DNA of 64,000 bases. Origin: Candidatus Undinarchaeales archaeon (lineage in GTDB: Archaea; SpSt-1190; JASMDC01). The DNA is taken from NCBI GenBank assembly GCA_030753015.1, contig JASMDC010000013.1:25216-89215 (forward strand), written 5' to 3'. Below the pieces are notes generated by a model. The model saw nothing but the letters and a program-made list of their open reading frames with translations. It ran no database searches and had not been told where the DNA came from. A program made the translations under genes and the position numbers. Shown here in pieces: positions 39,101-47,159 of this stretch (positions are counted from its first letter, which is position 1; every line of letters begins with the position of its first letter).

Positions 39101-40222
39101 GAGCGGGACACATCGGGTGAGAGCGAAGGTCCGGTCATTGTGGAGAACGCGTCCATCGTCACGGAGGTCGAGACCGTCCAAACCGAGTACCTGTCAGGGA
39201 GGGTGGAGCGCAAGACCCTGCTCAGTAAGGTGCTCACGAACACGGGGAACACGACACAGTACAACGTATCCCTCATCGTTAGCGTCTCCAAGGATATTGC
39301 AGCCAGGGCCAACCAGCTGGAGTTCAAGGTGAAACCAGTCGTGATCGTCGATGATCCCGTGTTCGGATGGACCATCGCCGAGCTTCCTCCGAACGTGACA
39401 GTGGAACGGACGTTCATGGTTCGAAAGGAACTTGAGTCATCCCAGGTGGAGTCGATCGACGAGGTGATCGTCAGCGGCATCCAGCTCGTTGAGGTCGAGA
39501 AGACTACCCCCTCGTCCGTTGTCACGGCAGGTCTTCCCGAACCGCCCTCCATGGGAAAGCTCATCGCTATAGTGGTCGTGCTCGTTTTTCTATCCCTCTT
39601 CATCTCGAGCGTAGACCTCGGCCGCCGTCCCATTCCACTTGGGGTACCTGATACTGCTTCGCTCCTACAAGCCCATACCGACTCGTGTCCACAACACATC
39701 CCCCTGGACCTCTCGACAGCCGAACGAACGATACCGAGGGAGGAGATGAACGTTTCCAGTATCGTCCGCTACATGAGCGAGGCACCAGAAAGGGGACAGG
39801 GAGAGATCGAAGCGGAACTGCTCGCCCTCGGGTTCTCCCAGCACGAAGTATCGCTCGCGTTCCAGGAACTCGCCGGACGGGCACGGAAGAAGGAAACGAA
39901 CGTATCCAGGATCGTCCTCTTTTTGAGCGAGGCACCGGAACGGGGTCAGGGAGAGATCGAAGCGGAACTGCTCTCTCTCGGATTCTCCCAGCACGAGGTC
40001 TCGCTCGCATTCCAGGAACTCGCTGGACGGGCACGAAAGAAGGAGACGAACGTGTCCAGGATCGTCCACTTTCTGAGCGAGGCACCGGAACGGGATCAGG
40101 GAGAGATCGAAGTGGAACTGCTCGCCCTCGGGTTCTCCCCGTACGAAATATCGCTCGCGTTCCAAGAGCTCGCCGGAAGGGTGCCCGGAGGGATTCCCCC
40201 GAGTTCTTTTCCAGAATATTAG
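33125..40222 (+). CDS. Giant membrane-anchored C25 (gingipain-like) cysteine peptidase, 2365 aa
   Basis: Signal peptide; C25 propeptide (PMLP...IPEG); catalytic domain (VVLIGD, DLYYADLD, VGRI, GGHG, ASCLT, GAIGYVG, LLGDP); Ig domain; Cys-rich repeats; Ser/Gly and PE linkers; TM; cytoplasmic repeats. Confidence 0.9.
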   Translation: MEPMENGKEQSSVLVEGLLLLVLLPSLVLSTELDVGTNIATSEMYSQQLRYFNVDVAFSDPVLTMEDGSTSITIENTTLVSEPTHPMLPMRIVTLYIPEGYQVSSVEVIELVTRSLGADHQVLPAPYPISPIDHKPSERNTSIYGSPEPFPPQSFMTYGTRRLMGYNVFQVATFPITYYPINGSLLFHPRIRIRAQLEWTGTEGPGKEEEERGFISSIVENDFALEEGFGTPVVPDHSDSDGAGEGEGESGTTEGGADGEGEPQADSGPTYEYLIVYHSPTFNSAANRLGTWKYQKGYTVGLASTAYFNSNYAGYDLAEKIRNGLKNLHDNYGTQWVVLIGDYNYVPPRCGYDKKGTNTGGNTGYLCDADSTPTDLYYADLDSDWDYDGDNLYGEYIDDHWGGGVQRLDLTAEVYVGRISVSDADTALQVVDKIIKYEKEPTTGDWLSKALILGAMANYDEDTNSDGQVDKFKRDWAPVMEQLRTDYFPADYSLTTMYEKEGVASPLGQSTYSCTTPLTNDNVKSAINQGYGVMTMGGHGGKTDIWRVIWSMDADSDNINDPSEKQWSAYLKTTDTLSNANKTPFVYTASCLTALIDGSSDSLGEWLVNQQWSGAIGYVGATRTSYSGIGSTEYYNQKLVKLFWDSLFSGYYSSGEALYRSKTQYSVHHPFTGASNDNTKLRNYYDYILLGDPETPIWTDDPVTVSSTGLPEKLQTGHANEFVVIIKDSEQSAVNGARVSISGAGTHEEKTTDTQGNAAFTGISPTSDGTVTLVVTKHNHLTVIEEVQSITDNDAPTTTPGVTEDGWYSEDQTLSLTCDDGSGVGCSTTYYCTDSVGTCTPGTVYTQPVSLSCSTGSICIHYVRYYSKDQFDNAESFKTSVAFRIDKQKPTTTDSSDANWHGSDQAITLTCNDGTGAGCDTTYYCTDTSGTCTPDTNYTQPISITCSAGSVCTRYVRYRSNDTLANTEDVRTSNQVRIDKQKPTTSDNSDTNWHGSDQTVTLTCNDGTGAGCDTTYYCTDTSGTCTPNTTYSQPISVTCSVGSVCTRYVRYRSNDTLANTEDVSTSNPVKIDKHIPTTTDSSDANWHGSDQAITLTCDDGSGAGCDTTYYCTDMNGTCTPDTAYTQPISITCSAGSVCTRYVRYISNDTLANIEDVKTSTGPRIDNEAPVTSSNVTEAWHSMDQWASLVCDDATGVGCNATAYCIDTSSVCGCTPTTIYEGPTNLICSPGSVCTHHICVASNDSLGNLEEKRNIDVNIDKSGIVLRDIILPTQGGHYRTPTSLPLSLSVNDHIIDTCWYTITSTVGGRSVHTIPKCQNVTLDITTGSWLDDFDDGSWIDNSTSHNITVSTGAVRLVPKGNSTAITGRLHSSRIRPINPGNWGRFTAIQNVNKSQGSAISYSVLDGETNETLCSTNTSNRTVVIDLSSCLNGTASIVLSASLTSTNTSAVPVIYMWNVTWSRADGPYDLTVHANDTTGRSQNKSRQFVVDTIPPSITSLLINDDAASTSTRDVTLNASGSGFSECRFSNDGAEWSTYTAYSGPASWTLSAGNAQKTVSMQCRDSAGNEAVQVTDTIDLSIPSSGGGSSSGSSSSSASSSSVASSSSSGSSGGGGGGGYSRLSYNFSIECDHPEMLTMEPGGRAKVSCIVTALETQLPSLNVTTEPVEGLHIFPAIHSFEEIPYWTYKDAEETLKDELVAYRKFVLEISSEKSCRTRIAPINIIGSCISEDDRINVTNVSRIFAKVLPLPECPEESDGFCQSSCPLDVSGCVPETCENAPEDCGPCPADEEEDANTTDDEAIGHENVTLEVPTPSPSQEATPEPTVSPSPTPEPEPEPELEPEPSLEPEPEPTPVPNPNVTEDEFNMHLDETRSIVEDLSSRTENVTSLLKNDTKMELLKNMNMEQEIKRNLDSIEELSLEFEIITRSKPDDIIDADQRIRTINQRIVKLQDTTPKNIMIVHSSRHVSRTARRSRESILDEIVTREQVRPSPPLERDTSGESEGPVIVENASIVTEVETVQTEYLSGRVERKTLLSKVLTNTGNTTQYNVSLIVSVSKDIAARANQLEFKVKPVVIVDDPVFGWTIAELPPNVTVERTFMVRKELESSQVESIDEVIVSGIQLVEVEKTTPSSVVTAGLPEPPSMGKLIAIVVVLVFLSLFISSVDLGRRPIPLGVPDTASLLQAHTDSCPQHIPLDLSTAERTIPREEMNVSSIVRYMSEAPERGQGEIEAELLALGFSQHEVSLAFQELAGRARKKETNVSRIVLFLSEAPERGQGEIEAELLSLGFSQHEVSLAFQELAGRARKKETNVSRIVHFLSEAPERDQGEIEVELLALGFSPYEISLAFQELAGRVPGGIPPSSFPEY
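35495..36900 (+). repeat. 279-bp (93-aa) Cys-rich tandem repeats inside the C25 gene
   Basis: Near-identical units start at 35774, 36053 and 36332 (xIDK.KPTT.D.SD.NWHGSDQ...LTC.DG.GAGCDTTYYCTD..GTC), with degenerate copies on both sides. Confidence 0.9.
39749..40180 (+). repeat. 150-bp (50-aa) triple repeat in the cytoplasmic tail of the C25 gene
   Basis: Units NVS.IV...SEAPER.QGEIE.ELL.LGFS..E.SLAFQELAGR start at 39749, 39899 and 40049. Confidence 0.9.
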
Positions 40223-40293
40223 AGCCATCCCACTGGTCGATGTGCAAGCTGTGATGCATCAAGAAGAGAGAAGAAGGCGCAGGGCGAGTACTA

Positions 40294-42819
40294 CTACCTC
40301 GAGTAGTCCTGCGGATACTCCTGCTGGTACGGCGGAGGCACACCCTCCCCATCTTCCTCGTCCTCTATGTGGAGGTGGAAGGCGAAACCCACAGCAAGAA
40401 TGATCAGCATCCCCAGGACCATGAGCGTGGACAGGACGAGGTAGGTCCGCTTTGGTTTCGGTTGCTCCACGGACGTGGGCCGGTACTGCTCCAACGTCTC
40501 CTTGGCCTTGTCGAGCTTATCTTGGGCGGCCCCGTACTCACCCCGTTGTGTCAGCCGTGTCGCGTCCATGAGGGTGTTCTCCAGATCGGTCCGAATCCTG
40601 ACGTCGGAGATCTGCCCGACAGCCTCCTTGACGTAGGCAAGGTCCGCCTGGGTCCTGGCCCTGGACTCGGCGACGCGGTCGCGAGCATCGGCCGTCCCCG
40701 CGTCGGGCTCGTCCACATCGGTACCCAGGGGGGCGACCTCCAGCTCTGCCACGGTTGTCGTCGGCGACAGGCTGGGCCTGGTGTCGTTCCCGGGGTCTAC
40801 GGTGGTATTGGGGACAGGGGTGGGCGTTGGCGTCGTCACTACCAGTGACTCGCCGGGGGCCGTGAGGTTGAGCCCTCGCTCCTCGCATCGCTCGTTCCCG
40901 AGGACGTCCGCGCAGCAGAACCTGACGGCATGAGCACCCTCGCCCAGCGTCAGGGTCCACTGATTCTCCACGCCCCCCTCATCGGGGACACGGGTGCTCC
41001 CGTCGACGACAAGAGTGCAGGTGGCCGGCGGGCTTCCCCGCTCCTCGACGTCGACGGCATTGAACCGCACGATGGGCTGGTCGATGCCTGGCCGATAGGT
41101 GAGACTGAACGTCGGTGGTGTCGAGTCGAGGATCACCGTCCCCCGTTCGCATGCACGGTTGCCTGTCCGATCGGTACAGCACGCCTCCAGCCCGTTCTTG
41201 CCCTCGATCACCGTTGTCGTAAGGAACGCGCTCCCCTTCGCCTTGACCGGTCGCCCCACCTCGCCATCGCGTGCCAGGGTGCACGACACCTCCTCGTCCA
41301 TGGCATCGGTCACATCCTCGAGGATGATCCAGAGCGTATGTTCGCTCACCAGCTCAGGGAAGGAGGCTGCGAAATTGGGTGTCGCGCGGTCCACCATCGC
41401 GGGACTGCGTGTGATCACCGTACCACGTGGTCCGTTGCACATGACCTCCAGGTCGTACATGCCGTCGGTGTCAGCTTTGACACTCCCGACGAAAGCATTA
41501 CCGGCGAGCTCCATGTCAATGGATTCCCCCTCGGTCGGTGCGATCATGTGCATCTCACAGGCCACGCCGTCCTTGAGCGTGGGTACGATGGTGAGCTCAA
41601 TGGTCTCCTCGTCGACGCGCACACCGCCGATGGTCACGTTAAAGACCGTAGCGGGTCGCACTTCGAGCTCGGCCCGCTCGTAGTTGGGGAGCCCACCGAC
41701 GGTAAAGGTATAGAGGCCGTGGAGGGACGGGACGAATGTGATAGAGTGGATGCCCGGTGATCCCTCCACCAAGAGAACGTTGCTCTGTTCGCCCACGGGG
41801 GACGTGATGATGATGGAGAGGGGGACTCTAGCAGGTCCAAACACCTCGATCAATACCTCGTCCCCGAAGAAGGGCTGCTCGGGACCAACTGACAGCTCGA
41901 GCGAGTACAGACTGACCGGGAGATAGGCCACGTCGAACACCCGTGCATCCGTGTCATCGCACACCTCGTCGCAACACGTTACATTGGCCACGATCAGTCG
42001 GAGCTGAAGTACAATGGGCTCGTTACCGGCGCTACCGACGCGAACGTCCACGGTCGTGTTCGAGGACGTGGCCAGGTCCCTGATGGTACAGGAGCGCTCT
42101 TCGCCCAGCTCGAACACGATCGCCACGCTCACCGTCTCACCGTCATTTGTGATGTTCGCCCTCACACCCGCCTCCCGTCCCACCTCGACGCGATCCTCAT
42201 CGAGGACCGTTCCGCTGAAGCCGATGGGCGAGATGGCGACCGTTCCTACGTTGAGGTTGAGGCGTTGGGTGACGAGGAGGTTGGTGAGGGGTCGATCGGG
42301 ATCATAGGGCTGAGTGCGGTTGACCGTGATCGGATTGACCGTGATAAGTAGGGTTCGGCTGTCCTCACTGCGGCGCTCGTCCCAGGAGAAGAGCTCAGCG
42401 TAGGTGTAGCTCGGCGCATCCCGGATCGGCACCTGGGCGATGGTACCGTTCACGAGCACGTTCACCAGCAGATCGGTCCGTTCCTCGACCTTGGTCTTGT
42501 GCCCGTGGAGTCTGACGGAGGTCACGCGCCTCCCGCGGGGGACGGGGACCTCGTTCCGTGCCACAGGGAGGCGGATGGCGTAGGGTGCGGTGTCCTGCTC
42601 CGTGCCATCGATGACGATCTCGGCCTCGCCACGCACGTCCTCCACGCGGTGCTCGCGAATGGTGAGGTTCGCCCACCCCAACCTGGGGGAAACCGACCAC
42701 TCGACCCCAACGGCGGTCGTTAGCAACAGCACTACCAGGACGATGCACGCGCGTTGGACGCCCACGAGTGATTGAGTGCGAGCGTGTTTTAAATTACTTG
42801 CACTGGTGTGACGTGACAC
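40294..42819 (-). CDS. Secreted multi-Ig-domain surface protein with C-terminal TM
   Basis: Hydrophobic leader; (V/L)D.T.P / C.D..GN Ig-like units; PT linker; TM near the C-terminus. Confidence 0.8.
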   Translation of the reverse strand: MSRHTSASNLKHARTQSLVGVQRACIVLVVLLLTTAVGVEWSVSPRLGWANLTIREHRVEDVRGEAEIVIDGTEQDTAPYAIRLPVARNEVPVPRGRRVTSVRLHGHKTKVEERTDLLVNVLVNGTIAQVPIRDAPSYTYAELFSWDERRSEDSRTLLITVNPITVNRTQPYDPDRPLTNLLVTQRLNLNVGTVAISPIGFSGTVLDEDRVEVGREAGVRANITNDGETVSVAIVFELGEERSCTIRDLATSSNTTVDVRVGSAGNEPIVLQLRLIVANVTCCDEVCDDTDARVFDVAYLPVSLYSLELSVGPEQPFFGDEVLIEVFGPARVPLSIIITSPVGEQSNVLLVEGSPGIHSITFVPSLHGLYTFTVGGLPNYERAELEVRPATVFNVTIGGVRVDEETIELTIVPTLKDGVACEMHMIAPTEGESIDMELAGNAFVGSVKADTDGMYDLEVMCNGPRGTVITRSPAMVDRATPNFAASFPELVSEHTLWIILEDVTDAMDEEVSCTLARDGEVGRPVKAKGSAFLTTTVIEGKNGLEACCTDRTGNRACERGTVILDSTPPTFSLTYRPGIDQPIVRFNAVDVEERGSPPATCTLVVDGSTRVPDEGGVENQWTLTLGEGAHAVRFCCADVLGNERCEERGLNLTAPGESLVVTTPTPTPVPNTTVDPGNDTRPSLSPTTTVAELEVAPLGTDVDEPDAGTADARDRVAESRARTQADLAYVKEAVGQISDVRIRTDLENTLMDATRLTQRGEYGAAQDKLDKAKETLEQYRPTSVEQPKPKRTYLVLSTLMVLGMLIILAVGFAFHLHIEDEEDGEGVPPPYQQEYPQDYSR

Positions 42820-42888
42820 GAGGACGATACCTTTTTAATTGGTCCGCGGGGCATAGACTAGGGAAATCCTTCTTGGATGTGACATGAC

Positions 42889-45582
42889 ATGGTGACCGTA
42901 CGACCTGTGATACTATCACTCGTGCTCGCCGCGCTCGTGCTGACGAGCGCGCAGGCGGGCTTCTTCGACAAGGCATGGGACAATGACTGCAGGAAGGCCA
43001 TCGGCACCGATCCCGCGGGCCTCGACGTTGACGTAGTGTGCTCCGGGTTCGTCGCCTACCTGAACGAGATGGGCCAGAAGCAGCCCGGCATCAACCTCAT
43101 CCTGCACCCGCGGACGATCGACTGCCTCAAGCTCGTGCGCGACGCGCGGACGGTCATTGCCAACGGCACCGTAGAGAGCGACGCGGACCTGGACGATCCC
43201 ATCGCCATCTGTCGGAACCTCATCGCACAGGAGCTCGCATGCGTGGAAGAGCGGAAGGCCGCGGGCAAGGAGACGCTCACCTGCTGGTTACTGACAGCAC
43301 ATGCAGGTAAGATACTCACGATGCATCCCGAGCACCTTTCAGAGACAACGAAGATCGGCGATGTCGTGAACCTCCAGCTCCACGAGGACTGCGTCACCAA
43401 CTCCCGCAAGCAGTTCGCTGACACCTTTGCCGATATCGGCGAGGAAGGACTGGAGGAGGAGTGTACCGAGTACGTTGACTTCATCGCAGGGGCGATCGAT
43501 GACTACGGCGTCGCCGCGCTCCCCCAGATACAGATACGGATCGCGCTCTGCTTCGCGTTCGTCAAGCAGAACACCAACGTCACCCACCCGATCATCTTCT
43601 GCAAGGACCTGCTCATCGAGGAGAAAGTGTGTGTGGACGAGAAGGTCGCCGCAGGGGTGGCGCAGCCGCTCAAGGAGTGCGACCTGGCCCATCTCCTCGT
43701 ACCGGCCATCAGGGCGAAGTGCATCAACGACGTGAAGAAGCATCTGCCCGCGGTAGCCGGACGTCTGGGCGATGAGGCCCTCGGCGAGGAGTGCGTCGGG
43801 TACCTTGGGTTCCTCGACCGCATCAAGAAGGACCACGGCCAAGCCGGCGTCAACTTCGTCCACTGGCAGATGGGCGAGTGCCTCAAGGGCATGGCTCGTG
43901 GCATCGAGGATAACAGCCTCACCATCGAGAATCCGATCAAGGTGTGCGAGCGCCTCATCTGGAAGGAGAAGGAGTGCGTGGACGAGTTCAAGAAGGCCGG
44001 TAAGAAGGACAAGGGTCTCTGCTTCTTCCTCGCGTCCCTGGCCGGCAAGACCATCATCAAGCATCCGGAGATACTTGAGGAGGAGGCCACCCTGGCCGAT
44101 GTGCTCGAGGTCGGGCTGGTGCACACCTGCGTCCATGACGTACGGAACAAGCTCCCCCGCACCTACGCTGACCTCGGCCCCGACGGCACGGTCACGCACT
44201 GCGTGGACTACGTGGCGTTCCTCACCGACACGGTCAAGACCTACGGTATCGGGTCCCTGCTCCTGGTCAAGCAGCGCATGGACGCCTGCTTCAGGTTCAT
44301 GGTGACCAAGACAGATGTGGACAATCCCGTGCTCGCGTGCAAGACCGCCATCATGCAGGAGCGCGAGTGCGTGGACAAGCTTGTGGCCGAGAACCACCCC
44401 GATCCCTTGGGTGCCTGCGACAAGCGTTTAGCGGCCGCGGCCGTCGCCATCGCCCTCGATCCAAGGCTGGCCAACCTCATCCCGCAGGGCATCGATCCGG
44501 GACGACAGCGTGCCGTGGACCGATTCATGAAACGTCATTCCTCGCTGGCCGACCTACTGGAGAAGCTCCCCGAGGACAAACGGGAGGTGTTCCTTTATCT
44601 GGACCGCGCCCGTCAGAAGAAGTTGCTGGAGAAGGGCATCGAGGACGCTGCCAAGCAACTTGCGAAGTTCCGTGTCAAGAAGGTCATCCGCCAAGAGCTG
44701 TTCCGCAAACGACTGGTGACGGCCGCGATACTGGAGCGGACCAGGAAAGCCTACCAGACAGCGCGAGGACGGTTCCAGAGCGCCCGTGTACGTCTCGCCA
44801 CGGCCAAGGCCGAGTTCGAGAGGTACAAGAGCCTGGAGAAGGAGTGCGTCGGGAAGGACACTCCCGAGTGCATCGAGGCGAGGGAGAAGGCCATCGAGCA
44901 CGGACGTGCGTTCCTCACGGCGCTGGCCGACAACGGCATCCAGCATCTGGAGAAGACCCGGAGCAAAGTAGAAGCTGCTGACGACCTGTCCGAGGAGGAC
45001 ACGGCCGACATCCTCGACGCCATCGACACCGAGGTCGCAGCGCTGGAGGCTGCCAAGGCCGCGGTCGCCGACGCTACCACCAAGGACGAGCTTAAGGAAG
45101 CCGGCCGCGAGATCGTCGCCATCGGTAGACGCGTCCATAAGAAGAGCGCCGTGTTCCTCCAGAGCATCGCTGCGGCCCACGTCCAGGACGTGCTCGCCCG
45201 TGCGGACGACCTGGAGCGGCGGCTGGACACCATTCTCGCCGATCTCGAGGAAACAGGCACCGACGTGTCATCCCTCGACCTGAAGGTGGAGACGTTCAGC
45301 CTACACGTGAGCACGGCCCGGGACAAGTTCGCGCTCGCCCAGCGCCACATCGAGGAAGCGCGAAGGCTGCGCAAGGACGAAGACCAGCTCGACGCCGCGC
45401 TCGAGAGCGCCAACAGCGGCAAGAAGCTCGTGAACGAGGCCAAGTCCGAGCTGCGATCTGCCGAGATCCTCCTCCGGGATATCGCCCGCGGCGTCAAGGC
45501 CGCCGGCGGTACCCTGAACATCGAGGTCCAGGAGGACACCGAGCAGATCGTCGTGGAGGAGATCGAGGAGGAGGTGGCCTAG
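42889..45582 (+). CDS. Secreted protein: four six-Cys helical repeats plus a long coiled-coil C-terminus
   Basis: Signal peptide; internal repeats (DPI..C..LI..E..CV.E); charged helical C-terminal half. Confidence 0.85.
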   Translation: MVTVRPVILSLVLAALVLTSAQAGFFDKAWDNDCRKAIGTDPAGLDVDVVCSGFVAYLNEMGQKQPGINLILHPRTIDCLKLVRDARTVIANGTVESDADLDDPIAICRNLIAQELACVEERKAAGKETLTCWLLTAHAGKILTMHPEHLSETTKIGDVVNLQLHEDCVTNSRKQFADTFADIGEEGLEEECTEYVDFIAGAIDDYGVAALPQIQIRIALCFAFVKQNTNVTHPIIFCKDLLIEEKVCVDEKVAAGVAQPLKECDLAHLLVPAIRAKCINDVKKHLPAVAGRLGDEALGEECVGYLGFLDRIKKDHGQAGVNFVHWQMGECLKGMARGIEDNSLTIENPIKVCERLIWKEKECVDEFKKAGKKDKGLCFFLASLAGKTIIKHPEILEEEATLADVLEVGLVHTCVHDVRNKLPRTYADLGPDGTVTHCVDYVAFLTDTVKTYGIGSLLLVKQRMDACFRFMVTKTDVDNPVLACKTAIMQERECVDKLVAENHPDPLGACDKRLAAAAVAIALDPRLANLIPQGIDPGRQRAVDRFMKRHSSLADLLEKLPEDKREVFLYLDRARQKKLLEKGIEDAAKQLAKFRVKKVIRQELFRKRLVTAAILERTRKAYQTARGRFQSARVRLATAKAEFERYKSLEKECVGKDTPECIEAREKAIEHGRAFLTALADNGIQHLEKTRSKVEAADDLSEEDTADILDAIDTEVAALEAAKAAVADATTKDELKEAGREIVAIGRRVHKKSAVFLQSIAAAHVQDVLARADDLERRLDTILADLEETGTDVSSLDLKVETFSLHVSTARDKFALAQRHIEEARRLRKDEDQLDAALESANSGKKLVNEAKSELRSAEILLRDIARGVKAAGGTLNIEVQEDTEQIVVEEIEEEVA

Positions 45583-46134
45583 ATGGACCGGGACCATCTC
45601 ATCACGGTGGTGCTCATCGTGCTCGTGCTGTTTGCAGCGGGATGCCAGAAGAAGGGCACTCCGCCCGGGAAGCAGCCCCCTAAGCCACCACCGGCCGCGC
45701 CCACGGAGGCACCTGTGGTGACCGAGGCGCCGGAAGCGACACCCGCACCCACAGCGACACCCGAGCCCACGAAAGCACCAGCACCGACCGAAGAGCCTGC
45801 ACCAACGGAAGCACCCACTGTGACACCTGAGCCGACGGAGGCACCGACACCCACCGAGGAGCCTACGCCGACCGAAGCACCCACAGTGACACCTGAGCCA
45901 ACGGAGGCGCCGGCACCCACCGAGGAGCCTGCACCGACAGAAGCACCCGTTGCGACGCCTGCGCCGACCGAGGCACCTACTGCGACACCTGAGCCCACGC
46001 CCGTGCCCGAGGACAACGAGCTGGCCGGCCAGATGGAGCTCGGTGACGACGAGCTCGACCAAGAGGAGAGCGACCAAGTAGCGCTCGGGGAGAGCGTGGA
46101 CGAGGCTGAGGACCTGATCGGCGACTGGGAGTAG
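45583..46134 (+). CDS. Lipoprotein with Pro/Thr/Glu/Ala-rich repeat stalk
   Basis: Lipobox-like LFAAGC; PTEAP/PTEEP repeats about 45700-46005; acidic tail. Confidence 0.8.
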   Translation: MDRDHLITVVLIVLVLFAAGCQKKGTPPGKQPPKPPPAAPTEAPVVTEAPEATPAPTATPEPTKAPAPTEEPAPTEAPTVTPEPTEAPTPTEEPTPTEAPTVTPEPTEAPAPTEEPAPTEAPVATPAPTEAPTATPEPTPVPEDNELAGQMELGDDELDQEESDQVALGESVDEAEDLIGDWE

Positions 46135-46268
46135 TTTTCGGCGGTCATCGGTCATGTGTGAATGGCTCTAGGGCACGATCCGCCCGTTCTTTTCCGGTCC
46201 AGTCCGGAAAAGGCATTAAATACTCCAATAGTCTGTCACACCGTTACACACGGGAAAGAGGGATCCAC

Positions 46269-47087
46269 ATGATCGATATTGAAGCTAATCCTGACCTAGA
46301 ACGGGTTGTCGATGCTTACACCGACCTGAAGATGAAGGAATCCTACGGGGCCGTCGTCGAGCTCTTCGGCAAGGACGCCGCTGACGTCACATCCGGTGAG
46401 ATCTACGATATCGCCGGCAACTACGACTCCGCTGAGTCAAGGACCGAGCGTTCGCTCAAGGCCATGATCCGCAACGACGCCGACACCATGCTCGGCCGTG
46501 CCTGGAAGCACTTCGTCGGCTACATCCACCTCTCCAAGGAGGAGCGCGAGATGAAGGGCGTTCTCAACGAGACCGTCGATCGGAAGTACGGCGATGTCGA
46601 GGACCGCCTCGGCGGCACCATCGAGAAGCGGTACGGTTTCGTCACTGACGGGATCGAGTCCGGCGAGAAGCTCTACGACGAGCTCACGGACCGGCTCTGC
46701 GCCACGAAGAAGGAGTTCAAGGAGGTCAAGGGCCACATCAGGACGACCGCCAAGGAACTGTACGGGCTTGAGCACGACCTCAACCTCTACAGCAGCGCCC
46801 GAAACAAGTACGAGCGCACAAGAGACCCCAAGGACAGCGAGGGCTACAAGGCCATCCTTCACGACATCCATCGGACCGAGGGCGCCATCAAGGACACCTT
46901 CGCCGAGCTGGGCGGGTACAAGGCCAAGCGCGACGATCTGAAGGGCACCATCAAGGAGGTCAAGAAGGAGCGCAGCGATACCTTCGACGAGCTTGTGACC
47001 TGGCGTCACGAGTCCAACGACCTCCAGCTCATTTACTTCTTCCGGTACAACCGCGACGTCGGCGCCGAGGAGAAGCCCGAGCAGTAG
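46269..47087 (+). CDS. Coiled-coil hypothetical protein
   Basis: ATG 46269 after GAGGGA; strong GC3 bias; heptad-rich C-half. Confidence 0.75.
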   Translation: MIDIEANPDLERVVDAYTDLKMKESYGAVVELFGKDAADVTSGEIYDIAGNYDSAESRTERSLKAMIRNDADTMLGRAWKHFVGYIHLSKEEREMKGVLNETVDRKYGDVEDRLGGTIEKRYGFVTDGIESGEKLYDELTDRLCATKKEFKEVKGHIRTTAKELYGLEHDLNLYSSARNKYERTRDPKDSEGYKAILHDIHRTEGAIKDTFAELGGYKAKRDDLKGTIKEVKKERSDTFDELVTWRHESNDLQLIYFFRYNRDVGAEEKPEQ

Positions 47088-47159
47088 TAACGTATAGGAT
47101 ATGTGATTGGGGCCCCGATAGTCCGGGACCCCTTCCCTCTACTTCTCCGAGTACCTGTC

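Larger units (their letters stand above)
32070..40304. mobile_element. 8.2-kb insertion bounded by a 33-bp direct repeat of the ABCE1 3' end
   Basis: AGAAGGCGCAGGGCGAGTACTACTACCTCGAGT at 32070-32102 and 40272-40304; contains only IS481 and the C25 protease gene. Confidence 0.78.

Noticed and set aside
42980-44430. Saposin-like domains
   Set aside because: Six Cys and helical, but the saposin CxxC start and C-x5-C end spacing are absent.
45700-46005. Tandem DNA repeats as a non-coding array
   Set aside because: Fully explained by the PTEAP coding repeats of the lipoprotein, with synonymous variation.
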